This document shows, piece by piece, positions 45,601-61,027 of a DNA stretch of 64,000 bases; positions within the stretch are counted from its first letter, which is position 1; every line of letters begins with the position of its first letter. The notes beneath the pieces are model-generated. The model was not told where the DNA came from. It was given only the letters and a program-made list of their open reading frames with translations, and made no database searches. The stretch is from Eledone cirrhosa (Eukaryota). A program made the translations under genes and the position numbers. Location: NCBI GenBank assembly GCA_964016885.1, contig OZ024746.1:33232001-33296000 (forward strand), written 5' to 3'.

Positions 45601-47679
45601 ATGAACTTAATCCTTAAAATTAAATTCAAAGGACGCAACACCAACAGCAAATTACAGAAAGATATAAAAAAACTACTGGACGACCTTAAAAACACCAAAG
45701 GAATTGTAGTAAAAGCGGACAAAACATCAAACCTGTACACTATGGATTGCACTACATACAACAACTTCATTCGAAAAGAATTACATAAAAAATATAGAAA
45801 AACGAGTGAAGTAACCCTTAAGCACATCAATGATGAGGCATGCGAAATAGTGAAAAATCTCGGAATCGAAGATAGGACAGGACCACTCTTACCGGCGGTA
45901 CCCACCTTCAATCTTAAGGACCACAAGGTAAACTTTGATAATGACCCTAAAATTAGATTAATCTGCCCCTCTAAATCAGATATAGGTAAAATAAGCAAAT
46001 ATATCTTAGATAGAATCATCCCCCAAATTAAGGCTAAGGTTAACATTAAACTCTGGGGGAAGACCCAAGAAGCAATAAGATGGTTTAATAGCATTAGCAA
46101 TAAGAATAAATCTAAGTTTATCCAGTTTGATATCGATGAATATTACTCATCGATATCACCTGAAACTTTAAATAGAGCCATTAAGTTTGCTAAGGATAAC
46201 TCTGACCTTACAAACGATGAAATTAAGATTATATTAGAAGCTAGGAAAACTATAGTCAAATTTGAGAACAGTTATTGGGTACGTAAAGATAGACCCTCTA
46301 ACTTTGACATAACAATGGGCTCTAACGATTCAGCGGAAATAACTGATATTGTGGGGTTATTTATCGCCTTTAGACTCCAGGAAAAATTCAGCAATCTCCA
46401 CGGCGGAATATACCGCGACGATGTTCTCCTCCTAGCTAAAAACCTTAATAACCAAAAACTAGAAAAACTACGCAAAGATATAAGAAAACTACTACTCGAA
46501 ATAGGACTAACTATAACATATGAATACAACCTTAAAGTAGTTAACTTCCTGGATGTCACACTCAATTTAAACTCTGGTTTGATTAAACCGTTTCATAAAT
46601 TGAATGAAAATCTCAAATACGTAAATGTTGGGTCTAACCACCCCATCTCTATAATTAAATCTATCCCTAAAAATATTTCCCTTAGAATCTCGGGTCTATC
46701 TTCTAACATACAAGTATTTAAGGAACACGCCGAGTACTACGATAACGCCCTTAGTAAAGCAGGCTACCTCAACAAAATAGAGTACATAGATGGGAACAAT
46801 CAAAACACCCAAAATAAATCCCACATAGGTAGATATAATAACACAACACCAAACCACACTTACTACCATAGTATGCACACCAGTAAACCAACAAACAAAA
46901 CTAATAGAAAGCGATGCAAAGAGTACTTATGGTATAACCCCGAATACAATAGCTCCATTAGTACAAATTTACCAGTACTCTTCTTTAAAATAATTAAATG
47001 ACATTTTCCCACATCACACAAATACCACAAAATCCTAAACCCTACCACTATAAGACTGTCATACTCTACAGCGTTAAACCTTGAACAACACATAAAAAAG
47101 ATCAATACTAGAAGGTTAAACGAAAACACTAAGAACTTAAGTACAAAGAACACAAAAAAAACAGTAGACAATACACTACAGAACATAAATAAACCACACC
47201 TAAGTTCGTCCGCAATACTACTCCAGAGAAAACCCAACGTACACAACTGTAACTGCACCTATCCTGACAACTGCCCCCTCGGCAATAACTGCCTGGAAAA
47301 AAATATTATTTATAAGTGTACCATTAAATCCGGAGGCAACGAGTGGTATTACGTGGGATCAACGGCAACATCGTTTAAATCTCGATTGTATAGGCATTCT
47401 TACTCAATAAAACACCAGAGCCAAAGAAATGTAACAACTTTAGCAGAAAAAGCTTGGACGCTCAGGGATAGCGACCAAAAGTTTACCCTAAAATGGGAAA
47501 AATTAGCTAAAACCCAAAGCTTTTCCAGGAGCCAAAATTTCTGCAAATTGTGTAATCTTGAGATTTATTACATAATCACACACAAGAAGAAACTGCTGAA
47601 TAACAGAATTGAACGAACATTATTCTGCCGTCACAGAACTAAAACCCTTTTTTCCCACTACAAGCCGAATATTACATAA
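45601..47679 (+). pseudogene. PLE RT-GIY-YIG polyprotein with a single in-frame TGA at 46999-47001
   Basis: [88 protein letters not shown]; ORFs 45601 and 47353 are in the same frame. Confidence 0.9.
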
Positions 47680-48004
47680 AAGAGGGACATCCCCCAACTA
47701 TATAAACCTTAATCTAGTTAAAAAAATATAAAAACAATCTCTTCTCAACATATATTAATAACCTTAAATTACCATACTAATAATGAAAAGATATGCTGAT
47801 GAGAATAGGTACAAATATGCGATAATGAATGTGTCTAAAAACGTCCATAAGTATGTATATATATGTGAAAATGTATATAAATAAGTAAATATATATATAT
47901 GTTTGATGTGTATAGTTAGATGTAAGTGTATTCATGTATTAAAGTGCTTATATATATATATATATGTATATATGTGTATATGTATGTGTATGTATATATG
48001 TATG

Positions 48005-48039
<35 letters not shown>

Positions 48040-48631
48040 GTATATGTATGTGTATATATATATATATGTATGTATATATGTGTATATGGATGTGTAAGTA
48101 TGTGTATGTGTGTACACATGGACTAGAGTATGTATGTATATATGTGTGTGTCTATACGTGTGTATATAAAGATAAGTTGAGTATGAAAATGTATACACAT
48201 GAGCGCGTATGTATGTACATGAATACATGTGTGTATATATATGCGTATGCATGTGTATATATATGTAAGTATGAATATGTGAATTGTGAGTATATGTATT
48301 TTGTAGAGGTGTGCAAATATATTTGTGTGTGGATGCGTGGGTGAAAGGATACGTACACTTGAAAGAAAAATTTAAGTCTGAATGTTAATTAAGTGCAAAC
48401 ACAAAACCAACCACGCATATCTTTACTATCTCTAATCCTTCTATAGATTTAGAAAAATAACCAATAATATATTCTATAAAAAATGTCAAAACAACAGATG
48501 GGAATCTAATTACTCACTGCCACCAAGAATTCTCACTGCTATCGAAAAACCACTCCTTCAACTATTCTTCTAACAACTTCACCCCTCCCTCCTAATATTC
48601 TCTATAAAAACTAAATAGGTCCTCAGTAATA

Positions 48632-48748
48632 TTATTCTGATGAAATGACAGTAAATAATAACATTGAAATATTGAATGTCTGCATAACTAAAAGTTTGTA
48701 GATAGCTGTTTTAGGTTATGTAACTGTTATAGAAACACGTGTCAATAA
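48632..48748 (+). ncRNA. Type I hammerhead ribozyme with multibranched stem II
   Basis: UUAUU-CUGAUGA-aAUGACAGU[two hairpins]ACUGUUAUa-GAAAC-ACGU-GUC/AAUAA; predicted cleavage after 48743. Confidence 0.7.
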
Positions 48749-48782
48749 ATTCCTTTCAACTAAACTGTATCCATTCAAATCT

Positions 48783-48849
<67 letters not shown>

Positions 48850-48854
<5 letters not shown>

Positions 48855-49412
48855 AAAATAATAGGAGGCTGGACTTGTTGTAAATCATTGAAAGGTTTAT
48901 TATACTATGATCATTTCAATGACCGGGTTCCGTATGAATCCGGTGATATCATCAGGTATTCGAAATATAATAAATGAATGTAACAGATCAAATCCAAAGG
49001 GGCTGAAAATCATAGACCTGAGGACGACCGACCATCTAGCATTCTCCACTTTATCCGGTTGCCCTCAACTTGAAGATGCTAGATGGTCGGTCGTCCTCGG
49101 GTCTATGATTTTCAGCCCCATAGATTTCATCTGTTACATTCATTTATTATATTTCGAATAGCTGATGATATCACCGGATTCATACGGAACCCGATCATTG
49201 AAATGATCATAGTATAATAAACCTTTCAAGGGTATACACAAGTCCAGCCTCCTGTTATTTTATTATAATATTTAACTCCATACTCGCACCACCAACCACT
49301 CAAACGAAGACGGTTGAGCTGCTTTACGTTGAGTACTCTCCATATTATTACATCAAGATTGACCACACGGAATGACTAGCTCTATCCAGTGGTGAACCTT
49401 CAAACCTTAATA
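48850..49412. mobile_element. Fold-back insertion with an HHR in each arm (48902-48959 minus, 49158-49215 plus)
   Basis: 48850-49042 is inverted to 49077-49268; AUAC-CUGAUGA-uAUcACCGG..CCGGUcAUu-GAAA-UGAUCA-UA/GUAU. Confidence 0.8.
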
Positions 49413-49424
49413 AATATATATATA

Positions 49425-49615
49425 TAGGAAAAAGTATGACCCCGACGGCAGAGCTCAAGCCTTTTCGACGGCTATTTCAGTCCAGAAATAGCCGTCGAAA
49501 CAGCTTGAGCTCTGCCGTCGGGTTCATACTTTTTCCTATTTCCCACTCTACTACCCTAAGTATTGAGTACTCCGGTGCGTTATGGTCCATCTGGTTCCTT
49601 ACGACAATTTCTTTG

Positions 49616-49618
<3 letters not shown>
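49425..49618. repeat. Short fold-back insertion in (TA)n
   Basis: 49425-49477 is inverted to 49482-49538; no complete HHR. Confidence 0.8.
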
Positions 49619-49664
<46 letters not shown>

Positions 49665-50168
49665 ACAATGACGTAGAAGTCTGTAGGTAAGAATTGGCCT
49701 AATTTATTCCATACACAATCGCTGTTATACTTATTTCGATGGTAACTGTTATGTAATAGTTATGACTTCATCGTTCAGATATTAGTTGCAGTGTCATCTA
49801 CCTTATACGAATACTCATGGAGTGCACAGTTCTACATGTATACTTCGTCGTGTGCTCTATGTTCCGTACACTAATGACTGTTGATTAATCAACACAAAAT
49901 ATACCATGACTATAACAGAGAGAGATACAGAAAGAGAGATAGAAATAGATAGATAGAAATATAGATATATAGATAGATAGAAGGGATATAGAGACAGAGA
50001 GAGAGAGAGGTAGATTTTGAAATGAAATAGTAAGTCAATATGAGAAACAGTCAGTCACAATGATGTATAGATTATATAAACATATATTTTAATTCAAAAG
50101 AGAGCGAATGGCTTGCACATACAAAACCAATGCTAATGGGTAAATGAATATATGTATATATATGTATG

Positions 50169-50355
<187 letters not shown>

Positions 50356-50702
50356 ATACATACATATTCAGGGAGTGGTGAGAGAGGATTGAAACAAAAA
50401 TATATCAAGAGAGATATATATATATATATATATTTGGAAGAGGCGATCGTGATTGTATATCGGAAACCACTTACCAATTCGGTTGTAATTCAGAGAACAC
50501 TTAGTAGAATTAACGCAAGGAACAATAGAGAATGGCACAAGCTTAAATTGGTCAGTCATTGTTACTCGGCTAGCTTTCTTTCAAAATCAGTTTAAGTGTT
50601 TTATGAATTACAGTCACCTTTAGGAAAGGTCAGGGTATGATGGAGTGAGATAGAGGAAGACAACTAGTTCGGAACTGGAATGGAAGAATAGCAAGAGAGC
50701 TT

Positions 50703-50758
<56 letters not shown>

Positions 50759-50946
50759 GTGTATGTATGTATATATATATATATGTATAAATATATATGT
50801 ATATATTTATACATATATATATATATATATAATATAAAATCAATATATATATAAGATCAATATATATATATATGTGTATGTACGTATATATATATGTATA
50901 TACATATATGTATGTATATATATGTATATATATGGAATGTAGAAAA

Positions 50947-51051
<105 letters not shown>

Positions 51052-51530
51052 TATATATATATATGTGTATATATATATATATATATATGGTGTGTGTTTG
51101 TGTGACTGAATGTGTTGGTTTATTCATGTGGTTTGTGTGTGTAAGCCTGCTAATTTTGTTTAGTCGTACTGAAATGAATGCATCTGTGTAAGATGACCGA
51201 GATGCTGTGTGTGCGAATTAATATCATGTATCATAGATACTATTCTGTTATGCTTAATGATTGTTAATATATTTTGTATATACTGACAATCACACAGAAC
51301 CACATCTACACCCTTCCGCAACCACACACACACACACACATGCGCTCACAGACACAGTCACTCTCTCTCTCTCTCACACACCTATATATATATCATAGAA
51401 AATAAAGAGGGCGGGCCGCTTGCGATAACAATGAAAGAGAAATTATTGAAATAAGAAGTAAAATGGAAATTAACATATATGTATTGGCCAATATGGTATT
51501 CATACACATATACGCGCATATATATATATA

Positions 51531-51581
<51 letters not shown>

Positions 51582-52132
51582 ATATGTGTGTATGTGTGTT
51601 TGTGTGTCAGTGTGTGTGTGTGTGTGAATGCGTTTGTGTGTTTGTGTGTCTGTGTCTGTGTGTGGGTATTCATGTGCACGTGTTATAGAGTAATTCAAAC
51701 GAGGAGTGTGTTAATAACGAAAATAACAATGCAAAAGGTTTTCCCCGTTTTAATTAATAGGAAACGTCACTGAATATAAAAAAAAATATTGTCCGTCAGT
51801 GGTGAATAATAGCAGCGTCTTCCGATGAACGTTTATTAAAATGTTGCAAAGTCGTTTCTTGCCAAAATTTTATGAAAGAAACTTTGAAAAATAGTCTTAC
51901 TTTACTGAATACATTGTTATTTTTGCTTTTCTCCTTTCTGCAAAGTGAAATATCGAAATGAATGTTGCTAATAATGTTTTCTACTTTTGGCACAAGTAAT
52001 AATACTATGTAGATAAGTGTGTACAAGTAAAGGCAACGAAACCGACAGTTGAGAGTCTTAATTAAATTTAAGAAAAACCTTTCCCTCCATATTTCACTGA
52101 ATATCCCATTCGCTAATTGTAATGATATATAT

Positions 52133-52199
<67 letters not shown>

Positions 52200-53189
52200 C
52201 AGACTCACATTCAAGGGATTTTTGTTTAAAGTAACCGTTTAGGTTTTCTATTTCATCACGTTAAACGGCAGCTGTTTCATTTTATACCTACTATATAGAT
52301 TTACATATAATATATGGATACATTCAATATCATTATTTCAAAAATGTTTATTGGCGATTTGTTTCTGAAAATGTGATTCGTTTAATTACAACATCAGGCA
52401 GCGGAGGAATGAAATACAATTATGGAAGATGTGAACAGCTGCCAATCGTATCATAAGACCACCTGGAGAAATGTGTCGACATACGATTTTGTCTGTGGTG
52501 ACTTAGGAAATTAGTATCTTCCCTATTATATATTTTCCTTATTATATATTTTCCCTATTATATATTTTCTCTAGTATTTTCATACGGTTTCTTGACCTTG
52601 CGTCACCAACTAAAGACTTTGGAATCTGAAATGACGTGCCTGTCTCAAGTACAAAATAGGTCACTGTCTAATATACGTGTGTATGTATGCGTATTTGTAA
52701 GCATGTGTGTATATATGTATGTATATTTTATATTCCCGATTTATATATTTGAGTTCATGTTGACCGCCTAACTGCTCAGGGTTGTAGAGAAATTAAGCCT
52801 TTTTAAATTTAAAATAAGTAGCCACGTTTTTAACGCGTCCTTTGCACATAAATAGATTATTTACGTTAGAAGAATGTCTTGAATATATTATATAATTCAA
52901 CATACATTGTTTATGCTATGTAAGAATTAAGAAGCTATATATTTATACATATGGGTTGGTACATATTCTGACTTTCCGACAATAACGGTTTTATAGTAAT
53001 TGACGTGTTTTGGGAATGACATTTGCCGGCTTGACACCATTGCTTTATAGATAAATTCTGTTTCTCAACTTTCTTACAAAATTGATATCACGGAAGCAGC
53101 TGACATCCACAAAATGTGTGCTTGATTGAGGCAGTCCACAGATTTCCCTCAACAAATATTCATAATTAAACTCTTTTTCTTTTTCTTCT

Positions 53190-53585
53190 TTTCTTCGCCC
53201 ACCTAATTCTGAGAGGGTCATGGGGGAAGAATCCTCAAACACTCCCTCCAGTGGGTCCTGTCAGAAGCAACCGTCTCCAACTGATCCGACTGGAGCGCCA
53301 AGAGTGACCAGCCAAGCTCATGGCTGTTATCCAACCATCTTGTTCGGTGTCTACCCTGGGTCTTTTACTTGTTGGTTTCGCCCGTAAAATCTGTCCAGCG
53401 ATTCTTTCCTGAGATATTCTGACAACATGCCCACAATCTCGGAGCTGTGATCTCTCAATTCGGAAAAACAGCGGCTCTATCTTGAGTTATTCTCTGATCT
53501 CCGAGCTACCTACTTTATCGAGTGACGTTTCTCCAAAGACCCTTGGGAGGAAACCCAATTCGGCCGCTTGTATTCGCGATCATAT
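53190..53585 (-). mobile_element. RTE-clade LINE 3' fragment
   Basis: Minus strand: RIQAAELGFLPRVFGETSLDKVGSSEIRE*LKIEPL..IERSQLR..GHVVRI..KRPR..TRWLD. Confidence 0.75.
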
Positions 53586-54794
53586 TCTTAAACTCCCCAA
53601 ATTTTATTCGAATTTCCGTTGAATATTTATTGATGAGATTCAATGGAGTACCAAAATATTATCGTCCCGTGGAATAACTTTTTTATTATGTTATTTATTA
53701 CGATCAGATTTGATAATTTATTTATATCCTGTGATAAGTGGGGGTACCAAGGCTTGATTAAATGTTGAATAAAGAACATTAAATGTTTGCTAATCCACAT
53801 ATCATTTATTAAAGTCGTTTGCTAATCCACATATCATTTATTAAAGTCGATATAACACAATGGAAATATTTGACGTATTTATAATACGAGTAGATTAATG
53901 TAAGATTTTGTATCTTTCATTCAATTCGCAATGTAAATACAGTCGTAAGGGAAAAGAACACCTCTCAAACGAGAATGAAAACCTGGTCATTCGCCTCATT
54001 CGAAACACTTTTATATTTTGTTCTTCTGCAATATATTCCTTTCAAATGCCTGTATTTCTAAGTTTCGCACAAGACACACAATTTGTGAGCTGATATATTT
54101 TATCGAATCGAACACGCAACATATCTAAATGTTAAAATACTAAGGTGGTGATGGTGGGTTTTGATATTTGACCTGATTGTAACAAAATACTACAAAGTAT
54201 TTTGTCCATCTCTGTAAGCAATTTCACAATCAGCTCTCAAACAGTAAATATATGGTTAAATATCCGTCGCCACTGGGAATGTTTAAATATGAAAACATTC
54301 CACACGCAACTCCTAATGGAAATGAAAAAAAAAAACGTCTCAGGAAATCACAACAGTAAAATAATACTGAGTTTCTGAAACAGTAACGCAGCCAGTTTGT
54401 TGTTAATTCGCAAGCGTGGATACTTCACGTCACACGTATGGTGTTTAATAAATGTAATGCGAGGGAAACTAAGTTAGTGTCAGGAAATCTGCGGACGGTA
54501 AAGACAACAAAACACAAGTAAATAACTGGAACGATTCAATGAATGAGTAGAGACACATATTCATAAATAAAGTAGTATTCCTCCTCAACCGAGACTAGTA
54601 TTAGAAACGCACGCCTGCAATTAGATATAGAATTATTTTTATAAGTGGTAAATATAGCCTTTATCACTTTATCATAAATATCTCCTACAAATCATTTCAA
54701 TCAAGAATATATGCATTTATATATATATATATATAGTTTTTATTTTATATATATATGTTTGCATTTAAAAATAAAAAAAATATATAAGTATATA

Positions 54795-54891
<97 letters not shown>

Positions 54892-55876
54892 TATATATAT
54901 ATCATATTTCATAGGGTGTCTGCGTGTGGGTATGTGTGTGCATGTGTGTATGCTTGTGCGCGTTTCTATATGTACGACTGTGTGTAAAACTTGTAGAAAT
55001 TTCAAACACGATATGCCCGTAGTTTTTATGAAAAGTAGATTCACCACAAACTTTTGTTTTAGAGTGACATTCTGTATCACGAAATGCACGCTTGATCGCG
55101 CCCGCAGACACACACAATACGATGAATAGTATCTCCGTTGTTTCAATGGAGAGATGATGAGTTCTAACAGCCTATTCATTAAATTATCCGGAATGTAGCT
55201 GAGAGTACCACACCCATACGCCTGTAAGCTTACCAACACAAGTCGAATGAATTAATGTGGCATATTCTATGACAAAACTGCTGCCCGTATTATATGTACA
55301 GTCAGTTTGATGGGTCGGGGCCGATACCCACCATCGCAGCTTAACGTTGTGGGATAGAAATAGAAGCCTCCCTGATTGCAAAGCTAACTTCTTAATCACA
55401 ACTTGTTCTAAAGATACACGCACCAACATACGGATAGACACAAATACAGACCCAGAAACACACACACACAGACACACACAAACTCATGTATCCCCCCCCC
55501 TCTCTCTCTCTCTCTCTCGCTCTCTCTCTCTCTCTACCTATATATATATACACAAATGTACATACGCATTTACACTCACATACTCCTGCCTTTATTGAAT
55601 TGCAAATATTTATCGAATTACAATACAGATTTTAAGCGCTTAAGATTTTCGATAAATTTTCCTCGATATTGAGACGGATAATAAAGATTTTATCTCATAA
55701 CTTAGAAGTATCTAGAAACAACGCTGAATTGCCTAGAATATATTTCAATTTGACGATGTTGTAAATGTTTGTGGTCTTCAATAACGCCTTTAATGTCCTT
55801 CATTAACTTACTCCGAAAATCTCTTAGTTCAATGCTAAAACACACACATACACACACAAACATATACACACGTACA

Positions 55877-55972
<96 letters not shown>

Positions 55973-56118
55973 TATATAAACATATATATATACGTATATA
56001 AATACATATATACATACATATATATATATACATATATACATACATATATACATATATATATATAGATATACTTACATATATATACAAGTATATGTATGTA
56101 CGTATATATATATTTGTA

Positions 56119-56151
<33 letters not shown>

Positions 56152-56162
56152 GTATATATGTA

Positions 56163-56231
<69 letters not shown>

Positions 56232-56236
56232 ATATG

Positions 56237-56308
<72 letters not shown>

Positions 56309-56524
56309 CACACACTCACAAACATGTATATTGGTATATATATATATATATATATATATACATACACACATATATTTGTGTGTATATGTGAATTACTATA
56401 TGTATACATGTATGAATTCATACATATGTATGTATATATTCTCGTATATTTGTAACCATTGAGAGCGTTTTAGCAAATGTGGAATTCGTGCCGTATTTAT
56501 TATCATGTGATGACAATAATGGAC

Positions 56525-56574
<50 letters not shown>

Positions 56575-57150
56575 TATATGTATATAATTGAATATATGTA
56601 TAAATGTATATATATATATATATATATATTTATACATATGTCTATAACTGTATATGAATATAAATATATATATATATAAACGTATGTATATATATACGTA
56701 TATATATATTCTAAATTATATGAATGATGTCTAAACGCATACATGCAAACATACACACTCACTAAACTTACTTGTTCTTTAACATTCATTTCATAACATA
56801 ATAATTGCATCTACTCACTAGAGTTGTCCAACATGATTTTATAATAGATGTTACGTTTCCAATAGGTGTTATGCTTCTATCCTATATAAGAGATATCTAA
56901 ATTAAATGGCGAAATATAAGCAACCACATCAATATTTGCACAAGTATTCTTGAGGTTGTGAGTATATATATATTCCATATAATTGATATATATATATATA
57001 TGCAACATTTCCTAATCCACACTTCCGTCATTTATCTTTCTTTACCTCTCTATATAAGTGCTCTAGCAGAAAATACACATACACATGCAAATCACAACTA
57101 TATATATATATACACACACACACATATACATACATATATATGTATCTTAA

Positions 57151-57200
<50 letters not shown>

Positions 57201-57872
57201 CTTAAAGATAGTGTATTCGGCATTGATATACTTGCATTAAATATTGTTATAGCATATATTTATATATAGATGGTATAGAACGTCAATAGTTTTTAAATTT
57301 TGATAGATTTGTCGATGACAGGATTCATTCGAAATTATGTGTATTTCTCTGGAAAACCTCCCACGTGTAAGCAACCAAAAAACTCACGTATCACTGCACG
57401 TCTTACTGGATCGTGGTCTAAATAGATTTAATGGTCCAACATCATCTACATCTTTCCTGACATATTCTTCTCCATGTGCGATCGTAAGAATATGGCAGAA
57501 CATTTTAGGAATCAAATCCACGACATTACGATCATAAGTCCAACACCCTGACCACAAGGCCACGCGTCTCCACAGCTGTGCGTGATGGATTGTCTAATTG
57601 TGTGACCATGTACATGTATGTTTGGTGGTGTGTAGGGTTCATATGTTCACGCTTAAATTCTCCAACGTTTTCCAATCCAAGAATTTTTGGCTCTTCATCT
57701 CAGCGGCTAAATGTCCAAAAAGAACCTATTATAATTTAGTCCTCAAAGTGTCCATTAACTTCTATATGCGGAAAATTGTCGAAGGTACGTCATACTCTGA
57801 CATCTTCTTATGTGTAACGCAAAACAACTCATCTCATAAGAATCGACTTTTAACAAATCACCGTAAATTTGC

Positions 57873-57909
<37 letters not shown>

Positions 57910-58466
57910 CAGATGTGTGTGGGTATATTTTCTTATATACCAACATATATAAACTCTTAAAAATATAAATATAAGAACATGTAATAATTATGTAAGTTTA
58001 AAACAGGGTTATTCATAAAAGCAAGAGGAAAGAAACTGTCTGCCTATGTATGTATATAGGCACACTGCTTCAAATGTTTAAAGAGGAAACCCGGTAAATA
58101 AAATTATATAGGGAAAGTGTGTTAGAAAAATGTGAGTCGAGAGAGCATAGGTTAATGCGTAAGTAGATGGACTCGGAAAACTCAGGGAAATTCTCGTTGA
58201 GGCAATAGAAACTGATACCAAATAGTTGAAGACGTTTTACCAAATGAGTATGCCCATGAGCGTATGATATCTAGCTGAATATGTGCCAACAGTTGCATTG
58301 CGATAGGGAAATGGGAGTAGGATTGCAAAATTAGGAAGTACAAACAGCACTTTCTTGATAATCAATTTAAATAGAGTGATGCACAGTTGCTAGTATGTAG
58401 AATAATTGTGCTACGATATTGTCCAGAATATTTACATGGAAATTTAGGAAATTATATAGATAATAT

Positions 58467-58580
58467 AATTGTTTCTACATTTGGCACAAGGCCAGCAATT
58501 ATCCCATTGTATTACTGGTACTTTATTTTATTGACCCCGCGAGGATGAAAGGCAAATTTAACCTAGGCGGGATTTGACCT
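58467..58580 (-). mobile_element. Truncated Nin-type SINE
   Basis: Family match. Confidence 0.8.
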
Positions 58581-59024
58581 CACCGAAGTTAACTTATATA
58601 GAAAATATAATGGCTGAATTTCACGCTTCCTATTGGCCCAGTTGTATACATTTCTCTCTAGACGTGAACCGTTTAAAATCATTTGACTAGAATATATAGT
58701 CTCTTATTTTCTAGTTATTTATTGATACCCTCACAACAAATGTATATCATTATATATTTTGTATATCTTCTTTATTATGAATGAGTTGTTAAAAGCAAAC
58801 AGCATTCAGGGAAAAATAATGTATATTGTATATCAAGAAAAACATTTTTGAAAGCAATATTAGATATACCACTAACCTTTTAGAAAAAAAAAATGAGAAA
58901 ATGAAACTAGAAAATACGTATTTCAAATATGTATATTGTTAATTGACAAGCACTAATGGGCCAAACCACACACGTATTACTCTTACAGTCACACGGATAC
59001 ACACACACACAAATAAAGACACAC

Positions 59025-59124
<100 letters not shown>

Positions 59125-59125
59125 G

Positions 59126-59188
<63 letters not shown>

Positions 59189-59660
59189 AAATTCAAATCA
59201 AAGCAGCTATATCCGTCTCTCTTTTATCAGAGAACTATAATACACATTGAAAAACTATATATTATAAACAAATCTGTTGTTCTTTATAAATGCTAACATG
59301 GAACGATAAAATAATACTTTTTGTACCAAGTTATTCAATCATAACAAACGATAACAAAAGACTCACACGGAAACACACATGTACTCACATAGATATAGAC
59401 ACAGGCAAAAACATAGACGCACAAACTGATATGCACACGCAAACATAAGAACAACAATACGAATAATCACAAGCCTACACACATGAATCTATTTCATAAA
59501 TATTTACGTGTATCTATCTATCTGACTAGATATAATAAGAAGCAAACGAACTTTACTATAGATATAATATGCTTATAAACATAGGATATTCAAGACCAGT
59601 TCACATTAGAGCCCTGCACAGTACCTAAACGGATGATATTGATCTTTCTTCAACTTATTG

Positions 59661-60046
<386 letters not shown>

Positions 60047-60050
60047 TTAT

Positions 60051-60470
60051 ATATTAATAAAAGGAATTCCAGCTTTGTCTGATTTACTCCTTTTATTTAC
60101 AAACCTTTAAAATTATAATGATATTATAATGAAATAGTATGGTAGAATATTAAATGTTAAGTGTTAATTGAACAAGTACTTTCATGCTTTTGCAATCTTC
60201 AGGTTCACATTCTGTGGTGACAGTCAAGTTTGCAATTTTCAACAGTTGAACATTGCAAACTTGACTGTCACCACAGAATATGAACCTGAAGATTGCGAAA
60301 GCATGAAAGTACTTGTTCAATTAACACTTAACATTTAATATTCTACCATACTATTTCATTATATTATCATTATAATTTTAAAGGATTGTAAATAAAACGA
60401 GTAAATCAGACAAAGTTGGAATTCCTTTTATTAATATAATCTTATACACAACCATACACACCCGCGTATA
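60051..60470. mobile_element. Fold-back insertion with a minimal HHR in each arm (60169-60207 minus, 60281-60319 plus)
   Basis: Arms of about 185 bp; UGAAC-CUGAAGA-uUGC gaaa GCAu-GAAAG ua CUU/GUUCA. Confidence 0.85.
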
Positions 60471-61027
60471 TTTATATACACACACACATATATATATATA
60501 TAAAATACAAGGACGATTTTTTAAGCCTTCATTACGTTTATTGATTGGTGACTCGCGTTTCGCTATTGATCAGCTCAAGGTTCGATCTGGCCCGAGTCTG
60601 GAATCAAAAGCTCGTCGTACCTCTGCTGTTGCAAAGGCATTACAGTATTCCATGACAGACTAGGGGAAGTAATTTACAGAAACGAAAAACAAAAATCGAA
60701 ACATAATACAGACATAAATGATAAAAAATAGAAATTAAATATTGAAATAAAATAAAATAATATATAGCGAAGACAAAATAAGCATAAACAGGAAAAGAAA
60801 CAAATGGAAAGCAAGGGAAACTATATAGCAGTTAGGAGGTTCTGTTGTTGAATCTAATATTTCACTTTAACATATATTAACATGTGTAAACCAGGAACCT
60901 CAATTTAAATTTGATTTGTATCTGGTTGGTAGGATTTCTTTTCTTTTTACTTCAAATTCAATATCTCTCTCACTATAATTCGATATCACAATCTCTAATA
61001 GATTGATCATTTCGAATATATAATAAT

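Larger units (their letters stand above)
45537..48787 (+). mobile_element. 5'-truncated Penelope-like element (Naiad-like), the best-preserved copy, between (TA)n tracts
   Basis: RT and GIY-YIG frame runs from about 45538 to 47679, followed by a 3' UTR with an HHR at 48632-48748. Confidence 0.93.

Noticed and set aside
55229-55385. Possible minus-strand exon (CAG...GTAAG) with one open frame
   Set aside because: No recognisable protein and no partner exons; needs RNA-seq
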